From Candidatus Omnitrophota bacterium (GTDB taxonomy: Bacteria > Omnitrophota > Gorgyraeia > B26-G9 > JBDRCZ01): a stretch of 64,000 nucleotides of DNA. The stretch covers positions 18,699-82,698 of the forward strand of contig JBDRCZ010000058.1 of assembly GCA_043821285.1 (NCBI GenBank). The letters run 5' to 3'. Shown here piece by piece: positions 1 through 9,336 of this stretch. Numbering within the stretch: position 1 is the first letter of the stretch; the number at the start of each line of letters is the position of its first letter. Below the pieces are notes generated by a model. The model saw only the letters and a program-made list of their open reading frames with translations. It had not been told where the DNA came from and made no database searches. The translations under genes were made by a program, and so were the position numbers.

Positions 1-3000
1 AGCTAGCCGGTGGTTGTGCTTCTATCATGCGCTGGCGAAATTCCGCAATTTTACGTTCTATCACTTCAACCTCACCAGGACCAACCGAATCAAATAATAA
101 TAATAATTCCACCGGATCATTAAATGTCAGCGGTACGCTTATTTCTATAATCCGTTCATCCTGGTCGGAAACTCTTTCTAATAGATGAGGAAATCTGCGA
201 TCATCCTCTTTAAAAACTTTTACTCTAAACGGAGCGCGGTTCGCCTTATAGCTCCATCTCCTATTTTCCAAAAACACAATTGCTTCATCAATAAGTTCTG
301 AAACATCAGTAACCTGGGCAGGTTCGGAAACAGGTGAATAAAACTGTAACAAGTCCTCCATAAGTTTTCTTACCTCTTTAGTACGATAGCCACGTTGGTA
401 CCAATCATAAACCTCTTCACTATGTCCCTTCTTCAGTAAAGCTACCTTAATATTTCTAGTATCCTCAATTGATTCAATAATGCCAATGCTGTCAGGTCCA
501 GTAGATGGTGGCCTAATTAAAATATCGCCCTTATCTAAAGGGATTTGTTCTCTGGTTTCCGTCCTACCTTTTGAATACCAAACCAAAATATCATTTAATA
601 CTCCACTGCCTTCTAAAATCTCTAATGCCTCATATATAATACCACTTCTATCGCTATTTTCTAATAAAGCATCTACCTCTTTATCATTTTCCAAATCTAT
701 TGAACGTAACGCTTGATCTGCCCTGTTTAATATCTCTAATACTTCCTTTTCAAGCTCATCCAAAGACTCTAATGGTATTGTAGGTTCCGTAAAAAACTCT
801 TGCATTCTCCTATTTCCACTACTATCGACAAACCTCCCGTCTATCACTCTTTTTATCTCAATCCTTTCCCCTGTTCTATCTCGCATAGTAATACCAACAC
901 GCTTGTTGCCTGGCCAATCTACAGATGCGTCTTCATAATATATAATATTCCCTGGTTTATCTCTCTGATCCTCTGGCAGAGTCTTTGCCTTTCCTCTTAA
1001 AATTCTTAATCTATCATTTAACTCCTCTCTTAAGCTATCTCGCAGATCATCATCTCCAGCAATATAATCTCTTACTAATTTGCTCAAGGGAAGCAGTCTG
1101 CTTAAGCTTAATGTTCTTAAGCTATCTATATCTGTTACCCCTAACATCTGTAAATATACGATTAGTTCTTCTCCTGTAGGATTTGGATTTATTCTTCCGG
1201 CAGTTATCAGCAATAGTGAGCGGACACTGTTATAAGGAGTCTCTCTGGCAAGAGCGAGTATATTAAAAATATTTTCTTTAGCTGTTTGTGCATCAATCCC
1301 ACCTGATTGCACCAGATTATCTAATTTTCTCGCTGCAGATAAGGCCGGTTGTTCACCACTTGAGCTAATCTGGTCAAATAATGCTTGTAGTTGTGGGTCA
1401 TCAGTCTTAATCTCTGGAACATCCCTAAACTCAACAGCAGGTTCAGGTATAACTGGTTCTGGCTCAAACACCTTAGCTGGCACAGCAATCCAAAACATTG
1501 CCCCTTCCTCATCCTGCGAAAAATTCATCTCTCCACCAAGTGCCTCAAGCTCCATTTTTGCTTTTAGTATCCCCTGCAAAGAACGCTCGGTCTTGCCCCG
1601 CATCTCTTCTTCATCACTAAACTCCTGCTCAAATATCGCTCTTTGGATCTTACGTGTGAGCTTTGATGTATATCTTACCCCTATGACAAAAACTGGTTCC
1701 CCTTCCTGTTCCTGCCACCCCCACTCAATACTAACCCCCTTATCCTCTCCCATTAATTCTAAATATTGCTCTATCTGTTCTCTTAATTCAGCGGCTCTTA
1801 AATTATCAAACCTTTCTATGTGCCGCTTATCTTGCTCCCAGATAAAACTCTCCACATTCGCCATCTTCGCTACCCGCACTGCTTCGCTTACCCACTCTCT
1901 AACTAATCCCTGAAGGCGTTCTGTATACTCTTCTGCCTCCGCACTCGTTAGTGTCCTCTCTTCCTCTCCTGTTATCGGCACCCTCAATTCCTCACCCAGA
2001 TTATCGTCAATCTCTTGGATTTTTGTACTTGTTTCCCGGTCCCTCCTTTGAAAATTATTATTTGTTGTCGTGTACCTATCTAATCGGCTAAATTCTATGT
2101 CTTTACCTTCTTGCGGCTTTGCCTCTGGACGCGGGTCAAGGATTTCTTGCATATCAATTAGGGTGAGTTCTTCTCCCTCGCGCCGGTTAAGCTCCTCTAC
2201 CATATGGGCTAAAAGTACCTGCTCATACGCACTCAGGGCTATTCCATCTTCCTCTTGTTCTTGCTTAGCCCTTACTTCAAATACCATCCGCTCTCCTGCT
2301 CTTTTAACTATAATTGTGTCCCCTTCGTTTATCTCCCTCCATTGCTTCTGCCTAAATTCTATTAATGGCTTGCTAAATAACCTCTCCACTGCCCGGCCCA
2401 ATGGCCGCGCTCCATACTCTGCCTGATATCCCTTCTCAACCAAAAGACCATACACTGCTTCTTTTTCTTCTTTATTTTCCCCAATTTCAATATTTATCCT
2501 CTGCCGCGCCTCAAATAATCCAATCTCTACATTAAGAAAAATTTCTACCACTGCTTGCAGTAGTTCATGGGTTAAGGGGTTAAATATTACCTGCGCATCT
2601 ATCCGGTTTAAAAATTCCGGACGGAAGAATCCTTTAAATGACTCCTTTACCATCTCAGTCATCTTTTCTTTGAATGCGGCTATCCTTTCCGGGTCACGGC
2701 TCTTTATTACATCATCCATCTCTGGATATAGCGAATACACTGTCAGTACTTCTCCCCAGATCTCAACCTTACCCTCCATGCCGATATTTGAAGTAAGAAC
2801 AATTACCGCATCCTTAAGACTTACGGTCCTCCCCTGGTTAGATGTAACTCTTCCATCTTCTAATATCTGCAGCAGTATATCAAGTATCTGCTTGTCCCCT
2901 TTATCTATTTCATCAAATACAATCACAGTATTCGGATAATCTTTAAGCTGTTCAATTAATGCCCCTTCCCCGCCATTTTCATCGTATCCCACAAATCCCG

Positions 3001-6000
3001 GTGGTGCACCAATGAGTTTAGATAGATCTTCCCGCGTCTTATACTCACTCATGTTTATTATTTTTAGGTTCATCCCTAAAATCTCTGCTAATGTCTTGGC
3101 CAACTGTGTCTTCCCTACTCCTGTTGGCCCGGCAAAAATAAATGATCCGATTGGCTGATGCCGCGGCTTTAGCCCCCCCTTGGCAATCTTTACGGCATTA
3201 CAAATCGCCTCTATCGCCTCCTCTTGCCCCACGATCCTGGCCTTTAAAATCTGATCTAACTTTAATATCTTCTCTTTTTCACTCCCTTCCATTAATCCTA
3301 CATCTATCTCTACAACATTCTCTTTCCTTTCCTTTTCCTCAACATAAGATAGGGTATCTCTTCCTTCGATTATCGGTAAACTGGGTTTTGCGAATTCTTC
3401 TTTTAACTCCTCTAACTCCCGGATAAATCCGATTATCTCCTCATTATTTTGTAAATCTTCTACTGTTAAATCACCCTCTGAGTTATCAATAAGTTCCTCT
3501 AATTCAAATCGCAAATTGCCCATAATCTCGAAAATCTTACCTTGTATTCTGTTTTTTGACTGTTGCTTGTTTACAAAGAGTCCATTAAACCAGTCGTTCA
3601 ATGTTTCTAATGACGGCTGTCCGGCAAAATATCTCTCCCATAACCGCACTGCCATATCTATCGCGGCAAAGCTTATCTCGATTGCCTCTCCTTCTCCATC
3701 ATTATAATTCCTCTCAATAGTCTCTCTCATAAATAACGTAAATGTCTCAAATATATCCTCCCGCTCTAATTCTCCAACCTCAACCAATGAAAAATATTTA
3801 TCAAAATACTCCTCTGCGGCAATATTGTTCCTCGAGGTTGTCATGATAAACGATATCGTTGTCAGCCCCTTAAACATCCTTAAGAAAAACCCTAATAAAA
3901 ATGGATTTACCCGTAAACGTCTCAGTTCTTCCTTTACATCATCAAAATCCATAACAATTATTGTATTCAGTCCCTTCTCTTTTCCATCTTCTTCAATTGC
4001 ATCTACTACCTCTTTAAGCCGTGCCTCAAAATATCCAATTAATGAAAAATAATTCCTCAGTGACCCCAGTCTTAACCGTAATATCCGCGTGTTCTCAAAT
4101 CCCGCAATATCCCCCTCCCGCGCCCGCTTGGCAAAACTATCTACTATGCTCTTCTGCATTAGTAAAGACTCACTTAAGATAAATGGATAATTTCGCCGCT
4201 TTTGTTTCACTATCCGGCTAATATCTACCACTGGATCCAGCGGTGGATGGATATCCTCTACCAGCCCTTCGGCTGACCTAATCGTTAGATGTTCAAACAT
4301 CTCATTTATCTCTTTCTCTGCCTGTTCTATCTTCTCTATCTGCGCCTGTTTTGCTGCGGCAAATGCCTGCTCAGCCTCTTTATTCCGGCCCTGCTTTCTA
4401 AGTTCATATGTTTGTTTGTTCTGCTCCGCAGTTTCGATTAAGCGACGTTCATTACTAATCTCTAGATTTATCGCCTGCTTTTCTCCATCTCTTGTTGCAC
4501 TACCTAAGTCCCGCTCATACTTCCTGATATTTACCTGATATCCCTGGATTCTCTTATCCAATTCTCCTATCCGCTGTTCAATCTCTGCCTGATCCAACTC
4601 CTCCATTTCTTCATCTAAATCTTCCGGCCGGGGTAGGGTGATCATAAAACGCTTTCTGAATTCTTCAAGTGCCTCTTCTCTTTCTTCTCCTGCCTCTGCT
4701 GGCTCTACTACCTCTACTAGCTCTTCTGTCTCTGCTCCCTCTGCTGTCCCTTCTATCTCTTTTGTCTCTGCTATTTCTGGTAAATTAAGCAGGCTGCGCA
4801 CTAACCCTTCATCAAATTCTCCTCCCTGGAAAAAATTCTCTTCCAGCCTACTAATAACCTCTTCATGCTCATATAACCTCTTCTCTCCCTCGTCCTTTAC
4901 TGTATCAAACATTACTCGCCCTTCTTCAATATCCGCAAATATCTTGTCCCCTTTTTCAAATTTATCCCCTAATATTGCCGCGGAAAGCGGTGCCAGCACT
5001 ATGCGTTTTAACGCCCGGATCATTGGCCTGGCTCCATTTACTACATCATATCCTTGCCTGATTACTTCTTCCCTTAGCTCCTCTGATAATTCCAGCCCGC
5101 GATAACCTGCTTCCCCTAGTAACCCTTCATACTCGCGGATCTTTATCTCTAATATCTTCTCTAATGATTCTTTGGATAAAGGTTCAAATGTAATAATCTT
5201 TTCTAGGCCTATTCTCCCGATAAACTCTGGACGAAATTCATTCCTTACAGACTGCTCTAATTTCCTCCTGATTGCCCCCCGAATATCCTCCAGCAGGTAT
5301 TCCCGCTGCGCTTCCATGTCTTCACTACTAACCATGTCATCTAATGTTTTAAAACGATTAAGTAAATTGTCAAATTCTATCCCACTTTCTTCTTGCATCC
5401 TCTCAAGCTGTAATTGGACAATAGCACGTCTGGCTTTAAGTTCCCTCTCTACCAAAGCTCTAAGCTCCCTGTTTTCCTGTTCATCGGTTCGCACTTGTTT
5501 TACCTCAGCCAGAACCTTATATAGACTTACGATATCTAACCCGTTATAATTCTGCCAATTACTTATTTTCTGCTCAATCTTCTGAAGCAAAAAAATTCGC
5601 ATTTCCCCTTCATCTTCTACATCTAATACCGCCTGTATCTCTGCCGCGCTTTCAGCCAGATAATGCGCCTCTTCTTTATCATGGCCAATATGCTCTATTA
5701 ATTTATATATATGATTTCGTGATTTTAGTAGATCTCCCTTTAACTGCTCATCTGTTAACTTATTTATGTCCTCTTTTAGCTGCTGGAGATCCTCTATTAT
5801 CTCTTTTACCCGTGCCTCTTCTGCCCGGTCCGCGCTCGCAGTCTGGCTAAATCCCAGGTTTGAGGTCATAATGATAATTGTATTCTTAAAGTTCACTGCC
5901 CGGCCATGATTGTCTTCAAGTATCCCATCATTTAGTATCGAAAGAAATAGATCAAAAACATCGGGATATGCTTTCTCAATCTCATCAAATAATATAACAC

Positions 6001-9000
6001 TGTATGGCCGCCTCAGTACATGGTCTGTTAACTGCCCCCCGGCTTCATATCCAATATATCCCGGTGGCGCGCCAATTAGTTTGTAATGGTCCATTCTATT
6101 CATATATTCTGACATATCAAATCGTGCCATTGCCTCTTCATTGCCAAACATATGACGCGCTATTGATTTGCTAAGCTCTGTCTTGCCTACACCTGTTGGA
6201 CCTACAAAAATAAATACCCCGATTGGCTGGTTCTCTCTTACTCCACGTATCTGGCGCAGGCTAAATGCATCATATGTTGCTGTTATTGCCGGGTCTTGGC
6301 CAATAAGCATCCCTTGGATTGATTCTACGTAATTTGCTAATTTTTCATCCTCTGTCGTTGTGATTATATAAAGCGGTACCCCGCTATCTTCAGCAATCTG
6401 TTCGACTATATCATCTAATGTGATCTCCCATTTGCCTTGCTCTTTTATTCTATTAATAAATCTATCGTGCTCTTCTATTTGATTTGTAATTGCCTCATAT
6501 TCACTCAATTTTCGGTCAATCACCTCTTTGAAAAAATCAACCTCTGCCTGCTCACCGCCTAAAAGTGCTCTTTTAAGTCCTTCCGCTGCTTTGAGTAGTT
6601 TTTCCTCGTGGTCTATTAGTTCACTGTTTAGCCTTTCTAATCTTAATAATTTGTCCGTAATAATCTTATCGATTATCTCTTGCAGTTTGTTCGGCGGCGT
6701 ACCCGAGGGGTAATATTTCTCGGCTAATTTTATGGCGTCATCAATTGTCCTCCTTGATATGTTTAAACTTACTCCTTCCGGGAATATCCCTGCGTAAATA
6801 TCCGTGACCCTGAGCCTAAACTGGCGCATGATCCTGCGCATATCATACGGTGCTGGAGAAGTAAGTTCACATTTCTCAAACTTGCTCTCTAATCTTCGAT
6901 CATTTTCAAATAATCCCGCATATACCTGTTTATTCGCTATCCCCAATACGGATATGTTTTCGGCATTAAGTGCCGCCTCCAATAATAAATATAGTCCGCC
7001 AATCATTTTCCCCTTGATCTCTCCTATACTATAAAAATCCTGAAAATTAAATACTAATACTACCTGCTCCCTCCAGTAAACATTCTTTATTGAATTTATC
7101 AATTTTGCCACTTCTTCTTCAAGCTGCCCAGGCATAGCTAATTTATCTACAAAACGCGCGGTGTTAAATTCTAAAAACTTTGCCCCTTGAAGATTCGTCA
7201 ATGTGGTAACTTCCTGCTCTGACCTTACAACAATTGCCTCTAATAACCCCTCTCCTACTTCCGGGTCACCAACAATAACAACATTATTCCTTCCCCTTAC
7301 TGCAATTTGATTATTTATATTTCCTGCATCGCGCTCTAAATAATATGTATCATCTATCTTCCCTGCCCTGGCTAACTCATTAAGGTCAATTGTGTATTCT
7401 CGTATATAATCCTCTTCACTCCCTTCCTCAAATCCTGGTAACCCCACGCCTCCTTGTCCCATCACCAAGGCTACTGCTATTCCCTCAACCAAATTATCTA
7501 CCGGCATATCTACCCCAAATGCAAGATTTAATACTACACGTAGTATGCCAAACCCCAGTAATAGCCAAGCTAATGAATGTAAATGCGTCCCGCCCAAGTG
7601 GTGGTGTTGATCACTCCAGCCCCGTTGGTGGATAGCTCGATGCAGTAATTCATTTAAATATCTAATCGTCCTTGTATCATGACCAGGGCCATTTGTATCT
7701 TCCCCAGCTATTGCTGGAAGATCTTCTTCTCCTTTATTGTAAGCCGCTCTTAGCTTATCTCTCACCCCCGGCTTATTCAGTGCTGCTCTTATTGCTTCTT
7801 CATTGTCATCAGAAAGTGTTGTTTGAAGGTCACCTATAAGTGAATTGACAAATTCTTCAAAACTTTTATCCTTTTTTCCGCTCTTTAGGTATCGCGTAAG
7901 CGATTGTATGGTTATGTCTCGTATATCGTGTTTCGTTTGATCATTATCAACGTCTGTCTCCAAATCTTCATCTTCTCCTAATTCCTCAGAAAATTCATCT
8001 AAAAGTTCGCCCATCTCTTCTACTTGTGCTACTGTCCGTTCGGCATGCGCCTCTACTTCTTCTTCACTCAGTTCTTTATTTTTTAGCTCTTGTGCCTTTT
8101 GTTTTCTAAGCTCTTCCCCATAAAACATCCGGTCACATGGCAGCATTACCACCGGTATCATCCCTATGGGATTGCCTGAGATAAATAAGGCTAATCCTAA
8201 TATACTTCCCACCACTATTGCCAGTTGATTAATCCGGCTCTGCTGTTTGAAACCTGATCGTAAACCGCTAATTGTTACTTCAATCCTGCTTTTATAATTA
8301 TTCAAAAATATCTTAATATTACCCGCTATGTTCTTACTCCATTGCCAAACCCTTGGGACAATTTGTATAGATATATTTCTTGCACCAATAGCCTGAAGTT
8401 CCCAAAGCAAGGGAAGGACATCTACAAAGAGAGCTCTATCAAAATCAGTAGCTACCAAAATCGAGGACGCATCCGCTCCGGAATTAGCATAGAGTACACG
8501 TCTTGAAACACCTTGAGGATTTACAATGTTTTTTATTGCCGTATATTTGGCCATCTGTGCTTCATCTAATCTTTCCGTCTCTCCCAACTGCGTATTGGGA
8601 TTCGGCATAACAGTTACGCTTACATCTGCGGCTTCTTCGATAAAAAAACTGAGATCTTGTACAATCCTTTCATTAATTTTGAAAATAATCTCTCCGGATA
8701 ACATTCTATCTAAAATCACGTGTGTGATACCTGGGTTATCTTTTTCAAGCAGTGCTAATAACTCATTAAGCGTTATTCCCCCTGTTATAATTATTTCCTT
8801 TTCTATTGGCTGTTTTCCTAAGTCTTTCTTTTCTGACACAAAAGCACATATGGCACCATGAAAGGATAGCCTAATTTTGGTGGTATGTTTTTTTGTTATA
8901 TCACCAGTATTACCACACAACCTGTTAAAAACTTCCATATCTTCAGCACTATCTAAATTTATAGCTGGCGCAAGGTGGGTAGTTAAACCTCTCAGGTTGC

Positions 9001-9094
9001 CCCCGGCTGCCCAGGCAATGTCTAAACACAGAAAGGCGTTGATTAATATAACCGCGATTAGTTTAAAACAAATTTTATGTTTTATCTTATTCAT
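1..9094 (-). CDS. Giant multidomain protein (>3030 aa, 3' end outside window): signal-like leader, beta-grasp domain, two tandem ClpA/B-like AAA+ modules
   Basis: ATG at 9094 with GGTGA upstream. Manual translation starts MNKIKHKICFKLIAVILINAFLCLDIAWAAGG...HLAPAINL. The same frame is open at 1-90 (...IERKIAEFRQRMIEAQPPAS), and the track lists no terminated ORF in this frame. GPTGVGKT at 6179-6202 and 3107-3130, with GAPPG(Y/F)xGY pore loops, FDEI(E/D)K Walker B, RPEF and GARP motifs. Confidence 0.9.
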   Translation of the reverse strand, partial: MNKIKHKICFKLIAVILINAFLCLDIAWAAGGNLRGLTTHLAPAINLDSAEDMEVFNRLCGNTGDITKKHTTKIRLSFHGAICAFVSEKKDLGKQPIEKEIIITGGITLNELLALLEKDNPGITHVILDRMLSGEIIFKINERIVQDLSFFIEEAADVSVTVMPNPNTQLGETERLDEAQMAKYTAIKNIVNPQGVSRRVLYANSGADASSILVATDFDRALFVDVLPLLWELQAIGARNISIQIVPRVWQWSKNIAGNIKIFLNNYKSRIEVTISGLRSGFKQQSRINQLAIVVGSILGLALFISGNPIGMIPVVMLPCDRMFYGEELRKQKAQELKNKELSEEEVEAHAERTVAQVEEMGELLDEFSEELGEDEDLETDVDNDQTKHDIRDITIQSLTRYLKSGKKDKSFEEFVNSLIGDLQTTLSDDNEEAIRAALNKPGVRDKLRAAYNKGEEDLPAIAGEDTNGPGHDTRTIRYLNELLHRAIHQRGWSDQHHHLGGTHLHSLAWLLLGFGILRVVLNLAFGVDMPVDNLVEGIAVALVMGQGGVGLPGFEEGSEEDYIREYTIDLNELARAGKIDDTYYLERDAGNINNQIAVRGRNNVVIVGDPEVGEGLLEAIVVRSEQEVTTLTNLQGAKFLEFNTARFVDKLAMPGQLEEEVAKLINSIKNVYWREQVVLVFNFQDFYSIGEIKGKMIGGLYLLLEAALNAENISVLGIANKQVYAGLFENDRRLESKFEKCELTSPAPYDMRRIMRQFRLRVTDIYAGIFPEGVSLNISRRTIDDAIKLAEKYYPSGTPPNKLQEIIDKIITDKLLRLERLNSELIDHEEKLLKAAEGLKRALLGGEQAEVDFFKEVIDRKLSEYEAITNQIEEHDRFINRIKEQGKWEITLDDIVEQIAEDSGVPLYIITTTEDEKLANYVESIQGMLIGQDPAITATYDAFSLRQIRGVRENQPIGVFIFVGPTGVGKTELSKSIARHMFGNEEAMARFDMSEYMNRMDHYKLIGAPPGYIGYEAGGQLTDHVLRRPYSVILFDEIEKAYPDVFDLFLSILNDGILEDNHGRAVNFKNTIIIMTSNLGFSQTASADRAEEARVKEIIEDLQQLKEDINKLTDEQLKGDLLKSRNHIYKLIEHIGHDKEEAHYLAESAAEIQAVLDVEDEGEMRIFLLQKIEQKISNWQNYNGLDIVSLYKVLAEVKQVRTDEQENRELRALVERELKARRAIVQLQLERMQEESGIEFDNLLNRFKTLDDMVSSEDMEAQREYLLEDIRGAIRRKLEQSVRNEFRPEFIGRIGLEKIITFEPLSKESLEKILEIKIREYEGLLGEAGYRGLELSEELREEVIRQGYDVVNGARPMIRALKRIVLAPLSAAILGDKFEKGDKIFADIEEGRVMFDTVKDEGEKRLYEHEEVISRLEENFFQGGEFDEGLVRSLLNLPEIAETKEIEGTAEGAETEELVEVVEPAEAGEEREEALEEFRKRFMITLPRPEDLDEEMEELDQAEIEQRIGELDKRIQGYQVNIRKYERDLGSATRDGEKQAINLEISNERRLIETAEQNKQTYELRKQGRNKEAEQAFAAAKQAQIEKIEQAEKEINEMFEHLTIRSAEGLVEDIHPPLDPVVDISRIVKQKRRNYPFILSESLLMQKSIVDSFAKRAREGDIAGFENTRILRLRLGSLRNYFSLIGYFEARLKEVVDAIEEDGKEKGLNTIIVMDFDDVKEELRRLRVNPFLLGFFLRMFKGLTTISFIMTTSRNNIAAEEYFDKYFSLVEVGELEREDIFETFTLFMRETIERNYNDGEGEAIEISFAAIDMAVRLWERYFAGQPSLETLNDWFNGLFVNKQQSKNRIQGKIFEIMGNLRFELEELIDNSEGDLTVEDLQNNEEIIGFIRELEELKEEFAKPSLPIIEGRDTLSYVEEKERKENVVEIDVGLMEGSEKEKILKLDQILKARIVGQEEAIEAICNAVKIAKGGLKPRHQPIGSFIFAGPTGVGKTQLAKTLAEILGMNLKIINMSEYKTREDLSKLIGAPPGFVGYDENGGEGALIEQLKDYPNTVIVFDEIDKGDKQILDILLQILEDGRVTSNQGRTVSLKDAVIVLTSNIGMEGKVEIWGEVLTVYSLYPEMDDVIKSRDPERIAAFKEKMTEMVKESFKGFFRPEFLNRIDAQVIFNPLTHELLQAVVEIFLNVEIGLFEARQRINIEIGENKEEKEAVYGLLVEKGYQAEYGARPLGRAVERLFSKPLIEFRQKQWREINEGDTIIVKRAGERMVFEVRAKQEQEEDGIALSAYEQVLLAHMVEELNRREGEELTLIDMQEILDPRPEAKPQEGKDIEFSRLDRYTTTNNNFQRRDRETSTKIQEIDDNLGEELRVPITGEEERTLTSAEAEEYTERLQGLVREWVSEAVRVAKMANVESFIWEQDKRHIERFDNLRAAELREQIEQYLELMGEDKGVSIEWGWQEQEGEPVFVIGVRYTSKLTRKIQRAIFEQEFSDEEEMRGKTERSLQGILKAKMELEALGGEMNFSQDEEGAMFWIAVPAKVFEPEPVIPEPAVEFRDVPEIKTDDPQLQALFDQISSSGEQPALSAARKLDNLVQSGGIDAQTAKENIFNILALARETPYNSVRSLLLITAGRINPNPTGEELIVYLQMLGVTDIDSLRTLSLSRLLPLSKLVRDYIAGDDDLRDSLREELNDRLRILRGKAKTLPEDQRDKPGNIIYYEDASVDWPGNKRVGITMRDRTGERIEIKRVIDGRFVDSSGNRRMQEFFTEPTIPLESLDELEKEVLEILNRADQALRSIDLENDKEVDALLENSDRSGIIYEALEILEGSGVLNDILVWYSKGRTETREQIPLDKGDILIRPPSTGPDSIGIIESIEDTRNIKVALLKKGHSEEVYDWYQRGYRTKEVRKLMEDLLQFYSPVSEPAQVTDVSELIDEAIVFLENRRWSYKANRAPFRVKVFKEDDRRFPHLLERVSDQDERIIEISVPLTFNDPVELLLLFDSVGPGEVEVIERKIAEFRQRMIEAQPPAS

Positions 9095-9226
9095 ATTTCA
9101 CCAATTGTATTTTAAAAATAAAAGATAGATTCAGAAAAATCAAAAAAAGAAAATTCCTATACTATTTGATTATTTTAAATTTATTAGAAATAAATTTAAA
9201 ATCTATTTAAAATACCGATTTTTATA

Positions 9227-9254
9227 AGTATACCATATATTTCGGATTTGTCAA
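9227..9254 (-). promoter_or_regulatory. Sigma70-type promoter for giant ORF
   Basis: Minus strand TTGACA-16 nt-TATACT with TG extended -10, about 130 nt upstream of the ATG. Confidence 0.6.
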
Positions 9255-9336
9255 GGGTTGGACGGGAATTTTTTTGAAAAATACATTCTTGGAGGGAGGG
9301 TAAATTTCGTGCGTTATGTGGTTGCGTTTAGGGTTT

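Noticed and set aside
8420-8505. RRVLYANSGADASSILVATD...FVD as a SAM-methyltransferase motif within the giant ORF
   Set aside because: Resembles motif I but the segment is too short for a full Rossmann domain. Cannot be supported without a profile search.
480-9128. About 20 short ORFs in the track (mostly plus strand, Ser/Leu/Ile-rich)
   Set aside because: Antisense or off-frame shadows of the purine-rich giant minus-strand ORF. No motifs.
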